DNA from: Eledone cirrhosa
Lineage: Eukaryota
Assembly (NCBI GenBank): GCA_964016885.1
Contig: OZ024743.1
Coordinates: 99,138,001-99,202,000 of the forward strand
Direction of reading: 5' to 3'
DNA length: 64,000 nt
Part shown: positions 1 through 12,600 of the stretch, in pieces
How the letters are laid out: every line of letters starts with the position of its first letter
Numbering within the stretch: the stretch's first letter is position 1
Position numbers and translations under genes: made by a program
The notes under the pieces: generated by a model
What the model was told of the DNA's origin: nothing
The model's database searches: none
What the model saw: only the letters and a program-made list of their open reading frames with translations

Positions 1-2901
1 TTTAACAGTAGTACTAATGGTATTTAACATAGTTCTAATGGTGTTTAACAGTATTACTAATGGTATTTAACAGTAGTACTAATGGTATTTAACAGTAGTA
101 CTAATGGTATTTAACAGTAGTACTAATGGTATTTAACAGTAGTACTAATGGTATTTAACAGTAGTACTAATGGTGTTTAACAGTAGTACTAATGGTATTT
201 AACATAGTACTAATGGTGTTTAACAGTAGTACTAATGGTGTTTAACAGTAGTACTAATGGTGTTTAACAGTAGTACTAATGGTATTTAACAGCAGTACTA
301 ATGGTGTTTAACAGTAGTACTAATGGTATTTAACAGTAGTACTAATGGTATTTAACAGTAGTACTAATGGTATTTAACAGTAGTACTAATGGTATTTAAC
401 AGTAGTATTAATGGTATTTAACAGTAGTACTAATGGTGTTTAACTGTAGTACTAATGGTATTTAACAGTAGTACTAATGGTATTTAACAGTAGTACTAAT
501 GGTATTTAACAGTAGTATTAATGGTATTTAACAGTAGTACTAATGGTGTTTAACTGTAGTACTAATGGTATTTAACAGTAGTATTAATGGTATTTAACAG
601 TAGTACTAATGGTGTTTAACTGTAGTACTAATGGTATTTAACAGTAGTACTAATAGTATTTAACAGTAGTACTAATAGTATTTAAGAGTAGTACTAATGG
701 TGTTTAACAGTAGTACTAATGGTATTTAACAGTAGTACTAATGGTATTTAACAGTAGTACTAATGGTATTTAACAGTAGTATTAATGGTATTTAACAGTA
801 GTACTAATGGTATTTAACAGTAGTACTAATGGTATTTAACAGTAGGATTAATGGTATTTAACAGTAGTACTAATGGTGTTTAACTGTAGTACTAATGGTA
901 TTTAACAGCAGTACTAATGGTGTTTAACAGTAGTACTAATGGTATTTAACAGCAGTACTAATGGTGTTTAACAGTAGTACTAATGGTGTTTAACAGTAGT
1001 ACTAATGGTATTTAACAGTAGTATTAATGGTATTTAACAGTAGTACTAATGGTATTTAACAGTAGTACTAATGGTATTTAACAGTAGTATTAATGGTATT
1101 TAACAGTAGTACTAATGGTATTTAACAGTAGTACTAATGGTGTTTAACAGTAGTACTAATGGTGTTTAACAGTAGTACTAATGGTGTTTAACAGTAGTAC
1201 TAATGGTGTTTAACAGTAGTACTAATGGCGTTTAACAGTAGTACTAATGGTGTTTAACAGTAGTACTAATGGCGCTTAACAGTAGTACTAATGGTGTTGA
1301 ACAGTAGTACTAATGGTGTTTAACAGTAGTACTAATGGTGTTTAACAGTAGTACTAATGGTGTTTAACAGTAGTACTAATGGTGTTTAACAGTAGTACTA
1401 ATGGTGTTTAACAGTATTACTAATGGTATTTAACAGTAGTACTAATGGTATTTAACAGCAGTGCTAATGGTGTTTAACAGTAGTACTAATGCTGTTTAAC
1501 AGCAGTACTAATGGTATTTAACAGCAGTACTAATGGTGTTTAACAGTAGTAGTAATGGTATTTAACAGTAGTACTAATAGTATTTAACAGTAGTACTAAT
1601 GGTATTTAACAGTAGTACTAATGGTGTTTAACAGTAGTACTAATGGTGTTTAACAGTAGTACTAATGGTATTTAACAGTAGTACTAACGGTGTTTAACAG
1701 TAGTACTAATGGTATTTAACAGTAGTACTAATGGTATTTAACAGTAGTACTAATGGTGTTTAACAGTAGTACTAATGGTATTTAACATAGTACTAATGGT
1801 GTTTAACAGTAGTACTAATGGTATTTAACAGTAGTACTAATGGTGTTTAACAGTAGTACTAATGGTATTTAACAGTAGTACTAATGGTGTTTAACAGTAG
1901 TACTAATGGTATTTAACAGTAGTACTAATGGTGTTTAACAGTAGTACTAATGGTGTTTAACAGTAGTACTAATGGTATTTAACAGTAGTACTAATGGTGT
2001 TTAACAGTAGTACTAATGGTGTTTAACAGTAGTACTAATGGTATTTAACAGTAGTACTAACGGTGTTTAACAGTAGTACTAATGGTATTTAACAGTAGTA
2101 CTAATGGTATTTAACAGTAGTACTAATGGTATTTAACAGTAGTACTAATGGTATTTAACAGTAGTACTAATGGTATTTAACAGTAGTACTAATGGTGTTT
2201 AACAGTAGTACTAATGGTGTTTAACAGTAGTACTAATGGTATTTAACATAGTACTAATGGTGTTTAACAGTAGTACTAATGGTATTTAACAGTAGTACTA
2301 ATGGTGTTTAACAGTAGTACTAATGGTATTTAACAGTAGTACTAATGGTGTTTAACAGTAGTACTAATGGTATTTAACAGTAGTACTAATGGTGTTTAAC
2401 AGTAGTACTAATGGTGTTTAACAGTAGTATAATGGTGTTTAACAGTAGTACTAATGGTATTTAACAGTAGTACTAATGGTATTTAACAGTAGTACTAATG
2501 GTATTTAACAGTAGTACTAATGGTATTTAATAGTAGTATTAATGGTGTTTAACAGTAGTACTAATGGTATTTCACATAGTACTAATGGTGTTTAACAGTA
2601 GTATTAATGGTGTTTAACAGTAGTACTAATGGTATTTAACAGTAGTACTAATGATGTTTAACAGTAGTACTAATGGTATTTAACAGTAGTACTAATGGTG
2701 CTTAACAGTAGTACTAATTGTGTTTAACAGTAGTACTAATGGTATTTAACAGTAGTACTAATGGTATTTAACAGTAGTACTAATGGTATTTAACAGTAGA
2801 ACTAATGGTATTTAACAGTAGTACTAATGGTACTTAACAGTAGTACTAATGGTATTTAACAGTAGTACTAATGGTGTTTAACAGTAGTACTAATGGTGTT
2901 T
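1..2901. repeat. 22-bp tandem satellite, consensus TTTAACAGTAGTACTAATGGT(A/G), ~130 copies, open at window start
   Basis: Read directly: period 22 (TTTAAC at 66 and 88), occasional 20-bp deletion monomers, abrupt end at ~2901. Confidence 0.98.
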
Positions 2902-3149
2902 CATATAAAATAACACAAGACAGGAAGAAAATTAAATGACAATGCTTAACCATGTATATATCGCAGCATCAAAGATTTATTTTCAAACTTCTTTATGTTT
3001 TATAAATCTACTAAAATATTACAACTAGAATTATGACGTGGTATGTCAAAGAAAGGTATCAGAGAAAATAGTTGATGGAATGGTAGACTTGGTCGAGTAG
3101 TCAATTAAATATCTGTAGTTATGTACTATTCAGTCATTCATGTGCATTT

Positions 3150-3290
3150 GTGGTCTGAGGTAAAATCCACTGAAGTAGATTTTGCCATTCATCCATCTAG
3201 GGTTAATAAAATACCAGTAATGTTCTGTGGATTAATTAATCAACTAAAATGTTTTCCCTTCAAAATTTGTGAACTTGTTTCAATGTTAGA
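3150..3290 (+). mobile_element. Degenerate SINE fragment (family B)
   Basis: GGTCTGAGGTAAAATCC...TTTGCCATTCATCC...ATAAAATACCAGTAATG resembles the better copy at 60943-61124. Confidence 0.5.
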
Positions 3291-3545
3291 TTCAACATAC
3301 AGAATAAGGTAATTTCTAATTTGATAACCTTTCATTGCCATATTTCTAATGAAAAGAACTATTTATGATTTTCAAATAATTTTTTAAATAATCAAGAATT
3401 TGAAGAGTTTAATAATGTAACAAACTTTCTCATTACCAAGCTGGCATTTGGAGCATAACTTAAAGACTCTGACATAAAATAATGATAAAAGGTTTTTAAA
3501 TAAATACAAATGATTACAATTAAACAGTTTTGTGTTGTAGAGCGA

Positions 3546-3783
3546 GGAGAAGCTTCAGGCAGTTTATCATCAAAAGGCTCAAGTGTATAATTGTGTTACA
3601 TATAATAGAGACAGGAGAAGCTTCGGGCAGTTTATCATCAAAAGGGTCAAGTGTATAATTGTGTCACATATAATAGAGACAGGAGAAGCTTCGGGCAGTT
3701 TATCATCAAAAGGGTCAAGTGTATAATTGTGTCACATATAATAGAGACAGGAGAAGCTTCGGGCAGTTTATCATCAAAAGGGT
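3546..3783. repeat. 68-bp tandem repeat, ~3.5 copies
   Basis: GGAGAAGCTTC(A/G)GGCAGTTTATCATCAAAAGG starts at 3546, 3614, 3682 and 3750. Confidence 0.95.
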
Positions 3784-4559
3784 AAATAGGTTTTGAAACA
3801 TTTGGCCAGATTAATTATACTCCTGAAGTGTATAATTGTGTCATATATGGTAACTTATTACTGTGTCAGGAGGAAAAATAATACATATTGTTATACTGAA
3901 TTGAAAATAAAAAACGTTAAGGGTTACCACGCAAACATTTTGTTTGGTATTTATAGAAACATTAGTTGTAGTAGGGGTATTAGAAAATATGTTATATTTG
4001 GAAAATCGTTTAACACTTACTATTCTATAATGATATAGCAGAAAATATCTAAAAACAGGTTTGCCAATTTAATCGGCCATATCTGGCCAGAATTCTCTCC
4101 CCTCTTTCTGTTCAAACCAGCCATAACAGGCTGCTCATACTGTTATTAAGGTATTGTTCTCAAAATAAATAATATCAAAATCTCATAGATTCGATATTAT
4201 GAGAGATAATTATGTAAAATAAAGTGTTTACCATGAAAATACAATAGTATATATAGAGTAATGTAAATGGTAAAGGGTTAAATGTTTATAGCAACTTTAC
4301 TAGTCAACTGATCATTGTGAACATTTGAAATAAAAACCAAAGAGAAACTTAACTGTTGTGTTTTTTTAATTTTTTTTATTGGTAGCAGTAGTTGTTCCTG
4401 AATGGTTTAATACACATAAATAACTATAGCTTGGTACCAGTGGGATTGTTGTCTCTAATTCACTGATGTACACAATAGTTCAGTGATTTATACTGCTGAC
4501 AAATAGACAGTAATCAGGTATATAAACCTTACAGCGACTGCATTTCTTACTTAACACTT

Positions 4560-4920
4560 ATCATCATTTAGCATCCATTTTCCCTGTTAGTAAAGGTTGA
4601 ACAAGTTTTCACGGACTAGTCCTATACGAGCGAGACATGGTCACCCAACCAATCTTGCCTCAAGTGGGACACCTCCCGTCTAACTCATGCTAGGGTTAAA
4701 TGATGATGATGATGATGATGAGTCAGTACTCCAGCAGGGCTACTGACCTCCCAGATAGGCCAGGAGTCTGCATCTCACTTACATATGGTTCTGCACTCTG
4801 AGTGCATTTTGTTTTGACACCAGCACTAGAGACGTTGGTGTGTCTTTGACACAACTGAAGGGTCCTCCCAACCCTTTGTTTTGCAAGCTTTCTATGGCTA
4901 GATACCCTTCCTATCACCAA
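4560..4920. mobile_element. Nested RTE/SINE 3'-tail fragments in both orientations
   Basis: A + strand tail ...CATGCTAGGGTTAAA(TGA)n ends at ~4721. Minus-strand tail motifs CATCATTTAGCATCCATTTTCC and TTCTATGGCTAGATACCCTTCCTATCACCAAC match tails elsewhere in the window. Confidence 0.55.
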
Positions 4921-5626
4921 CAACTATTTCAATATTTAAATGAAGCAATAACATTAAAGTTTATAAAGCCTGGTTGCTACATACATACATTTGTGAATTC
5001 CCTAGGTATGTCATTAATGTATCATTCTATACCACTCTTTAAGAAGACAGCTGGTTGTTTTATGAATAGTCTAAATGATGGGATTCAGCATGGCACATTT
5101 CAGTTTAGAATACAATAAAGAAAAAAAAAATGAAAAGTCTGCAATAAAAATAACTCATTAACCTGTTTCTTCTGAAAAACATTGGCTGTGTTCAGACCTG
5201 GAGAAAGCATAGGCTCCACCAGATTTTAAATGTTACTATGGCACCCCAATGACTCTATCAAGCGTTACGGGTCCATGCATACACATATATTCTTAGATGG
5301 GTGATTGCTAGAGTAGAATGCACTGATTAGATAATCTATCACACTGCTTATACTGTGATAATATATATTATATTACACTGCCAGGTGATATATAATATCT
5401 AGACATAATTCTACATAATACTACATTTTTGAAGCCTGTAAAAGAATGCAAACTTATTTCAGTGTACACAAAATATGTTTATATCAAATACAAAAACCAA
5501 CTCCAGAATGGAGAAAAAAATTGTTTTGAAATTCAAGAAAAAACCAAATAAATACACCTGGTGAAAGAAAAAAACAAAACAATTAAAACTAAAATTAAAT
5601 GAATTTCAATAAAAACATAGGTTTAC

Positions 5627-6798
5627 CTTTTGCCGAAGTTGTGCTTTTTGAAATGATTCTAGATCTTTGAAACTGTGAATGACTTTCGTATTTTCATCAG
5701 CGCTGCAGGACAGATCCTCTTCAGAGCTGTCTAATAGTCTCAAGTAACGATGCTGTTTTTTGCCTAAAACTGGGCTATAATGTTTACTTTTACCACGTAA
5801 CACTTCCTCTCTTAGTCTTCGTGTAGGTGTGTCCATCTTTGGACTTCGACGAACTGGAGATGAAGGCAGAGAAGCGCTCTGTTTGATTTCTTGGCTCGAT
5901 ATTCCTCGATTTAGAGTTGATTCTTTTACTGAATCTGATAAAATATTGATTCCTGTGTCAACTGAACCATGCTTTTTTAGTGTTCGTTTGATTGGGGATT
6001 GATGGGGGCTGCATGTACTCTCTGATGCACTATCATCTTCAGTGGTAGTGGAGTCTATACTTGTTCGGTAATAATGAGCAAACGGGGATGGTTTTTCTAA
6101 AGTGTCACTGTCTGGGAGGGAGTCCTGATGTGTAAAATACAAACGAGGTTGGTTTTCTCTGGCAGTAACAGGAATTAATTGGCTACAGTCCTGGATAGTG
6201 TTTGCTTCTAATGGCAGCTCAGAGTTATCCCCACCCTCATCATCAATGTACCTAAGACTCTGACGTGCTGGATCAGCCCAGCGTGGCATATCATCAGACA
6301 TATCAGTTCGTAAAATTTCTTCTAATTCAGTTTTTGGTTGTTTAGAACCTTCACTAATTACAAGGCTCTGTTGCCCTGTATCCAGTGTAATTTTAGGTGG
6401 GTTTGCATTAGTAGGAACTTTGGGTCTAGCTCCTAAGCATTGATAACCATCTTTTGAAATGACACCATCACTGCTGTTAGAGTTCACTATACAGTTATTT
6501 GCTGTCTCAAAGTGTATATCCCGTGGATTCATGCTAACCTGAGAGATTTTAGCAGGTTGGAGTTGGTTGGTTTTATTGGCAGGAAAACCTGTAAAATTTG
6601 ATCCTTCTAAAGATTTTGCTGCTAAGTTTTCTCTGTCAATAATGATTGGAGATTCGATATGATTACCTATAGAATTTGTTCCAAATGGTTCCATTGGATA
6701 ATGTGCAGCTATCCTAGAATTAGGATCAATAGAAGATTCTGGAATGATGGTAACATCTGGTACTGTGGCTCCACCAACAACACTGACAATTTCAAGCC
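5627..6798 (-). CDS. TULP4: Large internal coding exon (1172 nt), Ser/Pro/acidic linker ending ...SFKDLESFQKAQLRQK; probably the TULP4/Tusp region before the tubby domain
   Basis: Non-repetitive frame open across the whole exon. Acceptor ttatttctttAG at 6800-6799 and donor AAG|GTAAAC at 5626. It starts with 2 nt, matching the phase-1 end of exon 45678-45915 (T+GG = Trp). Gene assignment rests on strand, phase and recalled similarity of the final motif to invertebrate Tusp; no search was run. Confidence 0.75.
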
Positions 6799-6882
6799 CT
6801 AAAGAAATAAAAACAAGTTTTAAAATTATTCATGAAATAAAGTAATATTTAAGTTGAGAAAGTAGAACTTTTATAGATTTGG

Positions 6883-7065
6883 TTTCAACACAATATAAAC
6901 ATGTTAATAGACACATACTACAGACATTTCAACACAGTATAAACACGTTAACAGACACACACTAGACATTTCAACACAGTATAAACACGTTAATAGACAC
7001 ACACTAGACATTTCAACACAGTATAGACATGTTAACAAATAGACACATACTAAAGATATTCCAAC
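6883..7065. repeat. 42-44-bp tandem repeat, ~4 copies
   Basis: TTTCAACACA(G/A)TATAAACA(C/T)GTTAA(C/T)AGACAC... starts at 6883, 6927, 6969 and 7011. Confidence 0.9.
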
Positions 7066-8200
7066 GCTGCTGAGACTCACGGGCGATCTCTACTAGCTTC
7101 AACGATGAATGGTTCAATTGTTTGATCAACATGGACAGGTCTGTTCATTGAATTAGCATATAAGTGGTTGAGTATTTTACAGATATATGTCACACATTCT
7201 CTGGGATGTTTGACATATATATAACATGGTTGACTCTTTCAATTACAGGTGAATCCATCTGATGGCTTTCTGAACAGTCTTCATCAACCTAATGTTACTC
7301 ACAGGGCCTGGTTTAGCCCAAAGTTATGGTAAAAAACATATTATAGACATATTTAATAACATGTAGACATACTATATACATGTTTACAGAGCTATGACAC
7401 ACTACATACATGTTTACAGGGCTAAGATATACTACATACATGTTTACAGGGCTAAGATAAACTACATACATGTTTACAGGGATAAGATATACTACAGACA
7501 TATTTACAGGGCTAAGATATACTACACACCATGTTTACAGGGCTAAGATATACTACACACCATGTTTACAGGGCTAAGATATACTACACACCATGTTTAC
7601 AGGGCTAAGATATACTACAGACATATTTACAGGGCTAAGATATACTACAGACATGTTTACAGGGCTAAGATATACTACAGACATATTTACAGGGCTAAGA
7701 TATACTACACACCATGTTTACAGGGCTAAGATATACTACAGACATATTTACAGGGCTAAGATATACTACATACATGTTTACAGGGCTAAGATATACTACA
7801 CACCATGTTTACAGGGCTAAGATATACTACATACATGTTTACAGGGCTAAGATATACTACATACATGTTTACAGGGCTAAGATATACTATATACATGTTT
7901 ACAGGGCTAAGATATACTACACACCATGTTTACAGGGCTAAGATATACTACATACATGTTTACAGGGCTAAGATATACTACACACCATGTTTACAGGGCT
8001 AAGATATACTACACACCATGTTTACAGGGCTAAGATATACTACGGACATATTTACAGGGATAAGATATACTATACACCATGTTTACAGGGCTAAGATATA
8101 CTACACACCATGTTTACAGGGCTAAGATATACTACACACCATGTTTACAGGGCTAAGATATACTACATACATGTTTACAGGGCGGGCTAAGATATACTAA

Positions 8201-9633
8201 CACAAAAGACTTATGGCGAAACTCTCTGCAATGGGTGTGAGGGATGATCGTTTTAACTGGTTGAAGTCCTTCATTCTCAGTCGGAGAGAGGTAGTCACGG
8301 TTCTAGGACAGCATTCTTCACCATATGAGATGTCATCTGGTGTACCACAGGGATATGTTCGTGGCATACATTAATGACACAGATGGCAACTTAAAGAATG
8401 CCACAGTACTGAAATATGCAGATGACATCAAGCTGTACCTTGAAATCAAAAGGACTGATCCTGAAATCTACAACTCTTTCCTACAATCAGACCTGGACAC
8501 AATGCAGCAATAGATCACAGACTGGCAACTGAAACTGGCTGTGGACAAGTGTACCACCATGCATTTTTTTGGGAAAAACCCAGCGTCCACAAACTCCCTC
8601 CACAACACTGATATCAAGAAGTCCTCTTGTGAACGTGACCTGGGCATTACTGTCAGCAGCGATTTGCATTGGACAAAGCAGGTCTCTAAGATTGTCAAGA
8701 AGGCCGAGGGTGTCTTAGCATCACTCAGCAAGACCTTTGTTAGCCGCTCTCCAGCCATCTATTTAAAGCTGTATATAGCTATGGTACGACCACACTTGGA
8801 ATTCGCATCATCAGTCTGAAACCCCTATCTTGCTCAGAACACTGACCTCCTGGAAACTGTTCAGAGACGTGCAACCAAGCACATACCCTCCATCAGACAC
8901 CTACCATACCCTGAACGCCTTGCTTCCCTAGGCATGGATTCATTGAAACTCGGACGTCTGGCAATGGACTTGGTAAACACCCTCAAAGTTATTAACCATC
9001 TCGCCAACAACAACACTGAGCACCTTTTTGATCTCCATGTGTCTAATACACGTGGACATGCCTACAAAATCAGAAAACAGCATATCTCCCATGACTTTCG
9101 GAAACATTTTTTCACGCTTAGAGTTGCTGAAGCATGGAACAAACTACCTGCATCAGTTGTTAGCTGCCGAGACACCGCATCCTTTAAAACCCTCATAGAA
9201 CAAACTACCTGCATCAGTTGTTAGCTGCCGAGACACTGCATCCTTTAAAACCCTCATGGAACAAACTACCTGCATCAGTTGTTAGCTGCCGAGACACCGC
9301 ATCCTTTAAAACCCTCATGGAACAAACTACCTGCATCAGTTGTTAGCTGCCGAGACACTGCATCCTTTAAAACCCTCATGGAACAAACTACCTGCGTCAG
9401 TTGTTAGCTGCTGAGACACTGCATCCTTTAAAACCCTCCTGCTTCCTGAAATTCGACAAAACTACACCTGATGTACCCCTTCCATATACATGCACACATG
9501 TGTATATCATGACTCATGCACTGTTCATTTTCCTGACATTTGTACATTACGCTATGTACTATACATACACTTTTGATGGGATGTCGTACACCTGAGCACT
9601 GTACACAATATTTTCATTATTATTATTATTATT
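8201..9633 (+). mobile_element. 5'-truncated dead CR1-clade LINE, copy 1 (RT C-terminal half, 3'UTR, (ATT)n tail)
   Basis: Translates HKRLMAKL...SGVPQG, then a frameshifting deletion, then FVAYIND...YADD...ERDLG...VRPHLEFASSV*NPY...LETVQRRATK...TRGH...FFTLRVAEAWNKLP. These are typical CR1 ORF2 motifs, with two in-frame stops. Confidence 0.93.
9133..9437 (+). repeat. 61-bp x5 tandem repeat inside the CR1 3' end, present in all five CR1 copies
   Basis: CATGGAACAAACTACCTGCATCAGTTGTTAGCTGCCGAGACAC(C/T)GCATCCTTTAAAACCCT repeats with period 61. Confidence 0.97.
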
Positions 9634-12600
9634 ACACACCATATTTACAGGGCTAAGATATACTACATACATATTTACAGGGCTAAGATATAATACAGAC
9701 ATATTTACAAGGCTAAGATATACTACATATATATTTACAGGGCTAAGATATACTACATACATATTTACAGGGCTAAGATATACTACAGACATATTTACAG
9801 GGCTAAGATATACTAGAGACATGTTTACAGGGCTAAGATATACTACAGACATGTTTACAGGGCTAAGATATACTACAGACATACTTACAGGGCTAAGATA
9901 TACTACAGACATATTTACAGGGCTAAGATATACTACAGGCATGTTTACAGGGCTAAGATATACTACAGACATGTTTACAGGGCTAAGATATACTACAGAC
10001 ATGTTTACAAGGCTATGATATACTACATACTTGTTTACAGGGCTAAGATATACTACAGACATACTTACAGGGCTAAGATATACTACATACCTATTTACAG
10101 GGCTAAGATATACTACATACATGTTTAGAGGGCTAAGATATACTACATACATATTTACAGGGCTATGATATACTACAGACATATTTACAGGGCTAAGATA
10201 TACTACAGTAATATTTACAGGGCTAAGATATACTACAGACATATGTACAGGGCTCAGATATACTACATACATCTTTACAAGGCTAAGTTATACTACAAAC
10301 ATATTTACAGGGCTAAGATATACTACAGACATATTTACAGGGCTAAGATATACTACATACATGTTTACAGGGCTATGATATACTACATACATATTTACAG
10401 GGCTGAGATATACTACATACATGGAGACAGGGTAAGATATACTACATACATGAATAGAGGGCTAAGATATACTACAGACATATTTACAGAGCTAAGATAT
10501 ACTACATATATGTTTACAAGGGTAAGATATACTACAGAGATATTTACAGGGCTAAGATATACTACATAGATATTTACAGAGCTAAGATATACTACATAGA
10601 TATTTACAGAGCTAAGATATACTACAGAGATATTTACAGAGCTAAGATATACTACATACATGTTTACAAGGCTAAGATATACTACAAACATATTTACAGG
10701 GCTAAGATATACTACAGAGATATTTACAGGGCTAAGATATACTACATACATATGTACAGGGCTATGATATACTACAGACATATTTACAGGGCTAAGATAT
10801 ACTACAGACATATTTACAGGGCTAAGATATACTACAGACATATATACAGGGCTAATATATACTACAGACATATTTACAGGACTAAGATATACTACAGACA
10901 TATTTACAGGGCTAGGATATACTACATACATGTTTACAGGGCTAAGATATACTACAGTAATATTTACAGGGCTAAGATATACTACAGACATATATACAGG
11001 GCTAATATATACTACAGACATATTTACAGGGCTAAGATATACTACATACATATTTACAGGGCTAAGATATACTACACACCATATTTACAGGGCTAAGAAA
11101 TACTACATACATGTTTAGAGGGCTAAGATATACTACAGACATATTTACAGGGCTAGGATATACTACATACATGTTTACAGGGCTAAGATATACTACAGAC
11201 ATATGTACAGGGCTCAGATATACTACATACATCTTTACAAGGCTAAGTTATACTACAAACATATTTAGAGGGCTAAGATATACTACAGACATATTTACAG
11301 GGCTAAGATATACTACAGACATATTTATAGGGCTAAGATATACTACATACATGTTTACAGGGCTATGATATACTACATACATATTTACAGGGCTGAGATA
11401 TACTACATACATGGATACAGGGCTAAGATATACTACATACATGAATGGCGGGCTAAGATATACTACAGACATATTTACAGAGCTAAGATATACTACATAC
11501 ATGTTTACAAGGCTAAGATATACTACAGAGATATTTACAGGGCTAAGATATACTACAGAGATATTTACAGAGCTAAGATATACTACATACATGTTTACAA
11601 GGCTAAGATATACTACAAACATACATATTTACAGGGCTAAGATATACTACAGAGATGTTTACAGGGCTAAGATATACTACATACATATTTATAGGGCTAT
11701 GATATACTACTGACATATTTACAGGGCTAAGATATAATACAGACATGTTTACAGGGCTAAGATATACTACATACATGTTTACAGGGCTAAGATATACTAC
11801 AGACATATTTACAGGGCTAAGATATAATACATACATATTTACAGGGCTAAGATATACTACATACATGTTTACAGGGCTAAGATATACTACAGAGATATTT
11901 ACAGGGCTAAGATATACTACAGACATATTTACAGGGCTAAGATATACTACAGACATGTTTAGAGGGCTAAGATATACTACATATATGTATAGAGGGCTAA
12001 GATATACTACAGACATATTTACAGACCTAAGATATACTACATACATGTTTACAAGGCTAAGTTATACTACAAACATATTTAGAGGGCTAAGATATACTAC
12101 AGACATGTTTAGAGGGATAAGATATACTACATACATGTATAGAGGGCTAAGATATACTACAGACATATTTACAGAGCTAAGATATACTAAATACATGTTT
12201 ACAAGGCTAAGATATACTAGAAACATATTTACAGCGCTAAGATATACTACAGAGATATTTACTGGGCTAAGATATACTACAGACATATTTACATGGCTAT
12301 GATATACTACAGACATATTTACAGGGCTAAGATATACTACATATATATTTACAGGGCTAAGATATAATACAGACATATCTACAGGGCTAAGATATACTAC
12401 ATACATGTATACAGGGCTACGATATACTACATACATGTTTACAGGGCTAAGATATACTACATACATGTTTATAGGGCTAAGATATACTACAGACATTTTT
12501 ACAGGGCTAAGATATACTACATACATGTATACAGGGCTATGATATACTACATACATGTTTAGAGGTCTAAGATATACTACATACATGTTTACAGGGCTAT

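Noticed and set aside
1-2901. Telomeric repeat
   Set aside because: The unit is not TTAGGG-like or G-rich; it only touches the edge of an arbitrary window.
8511-9197. TGG>TAG/TGA changes in CR1 as deaminase hypermutation
   Set aside because: Only about four events, mostly noticed because they create stops; there is no consensus here to measure a mutation spectrum.
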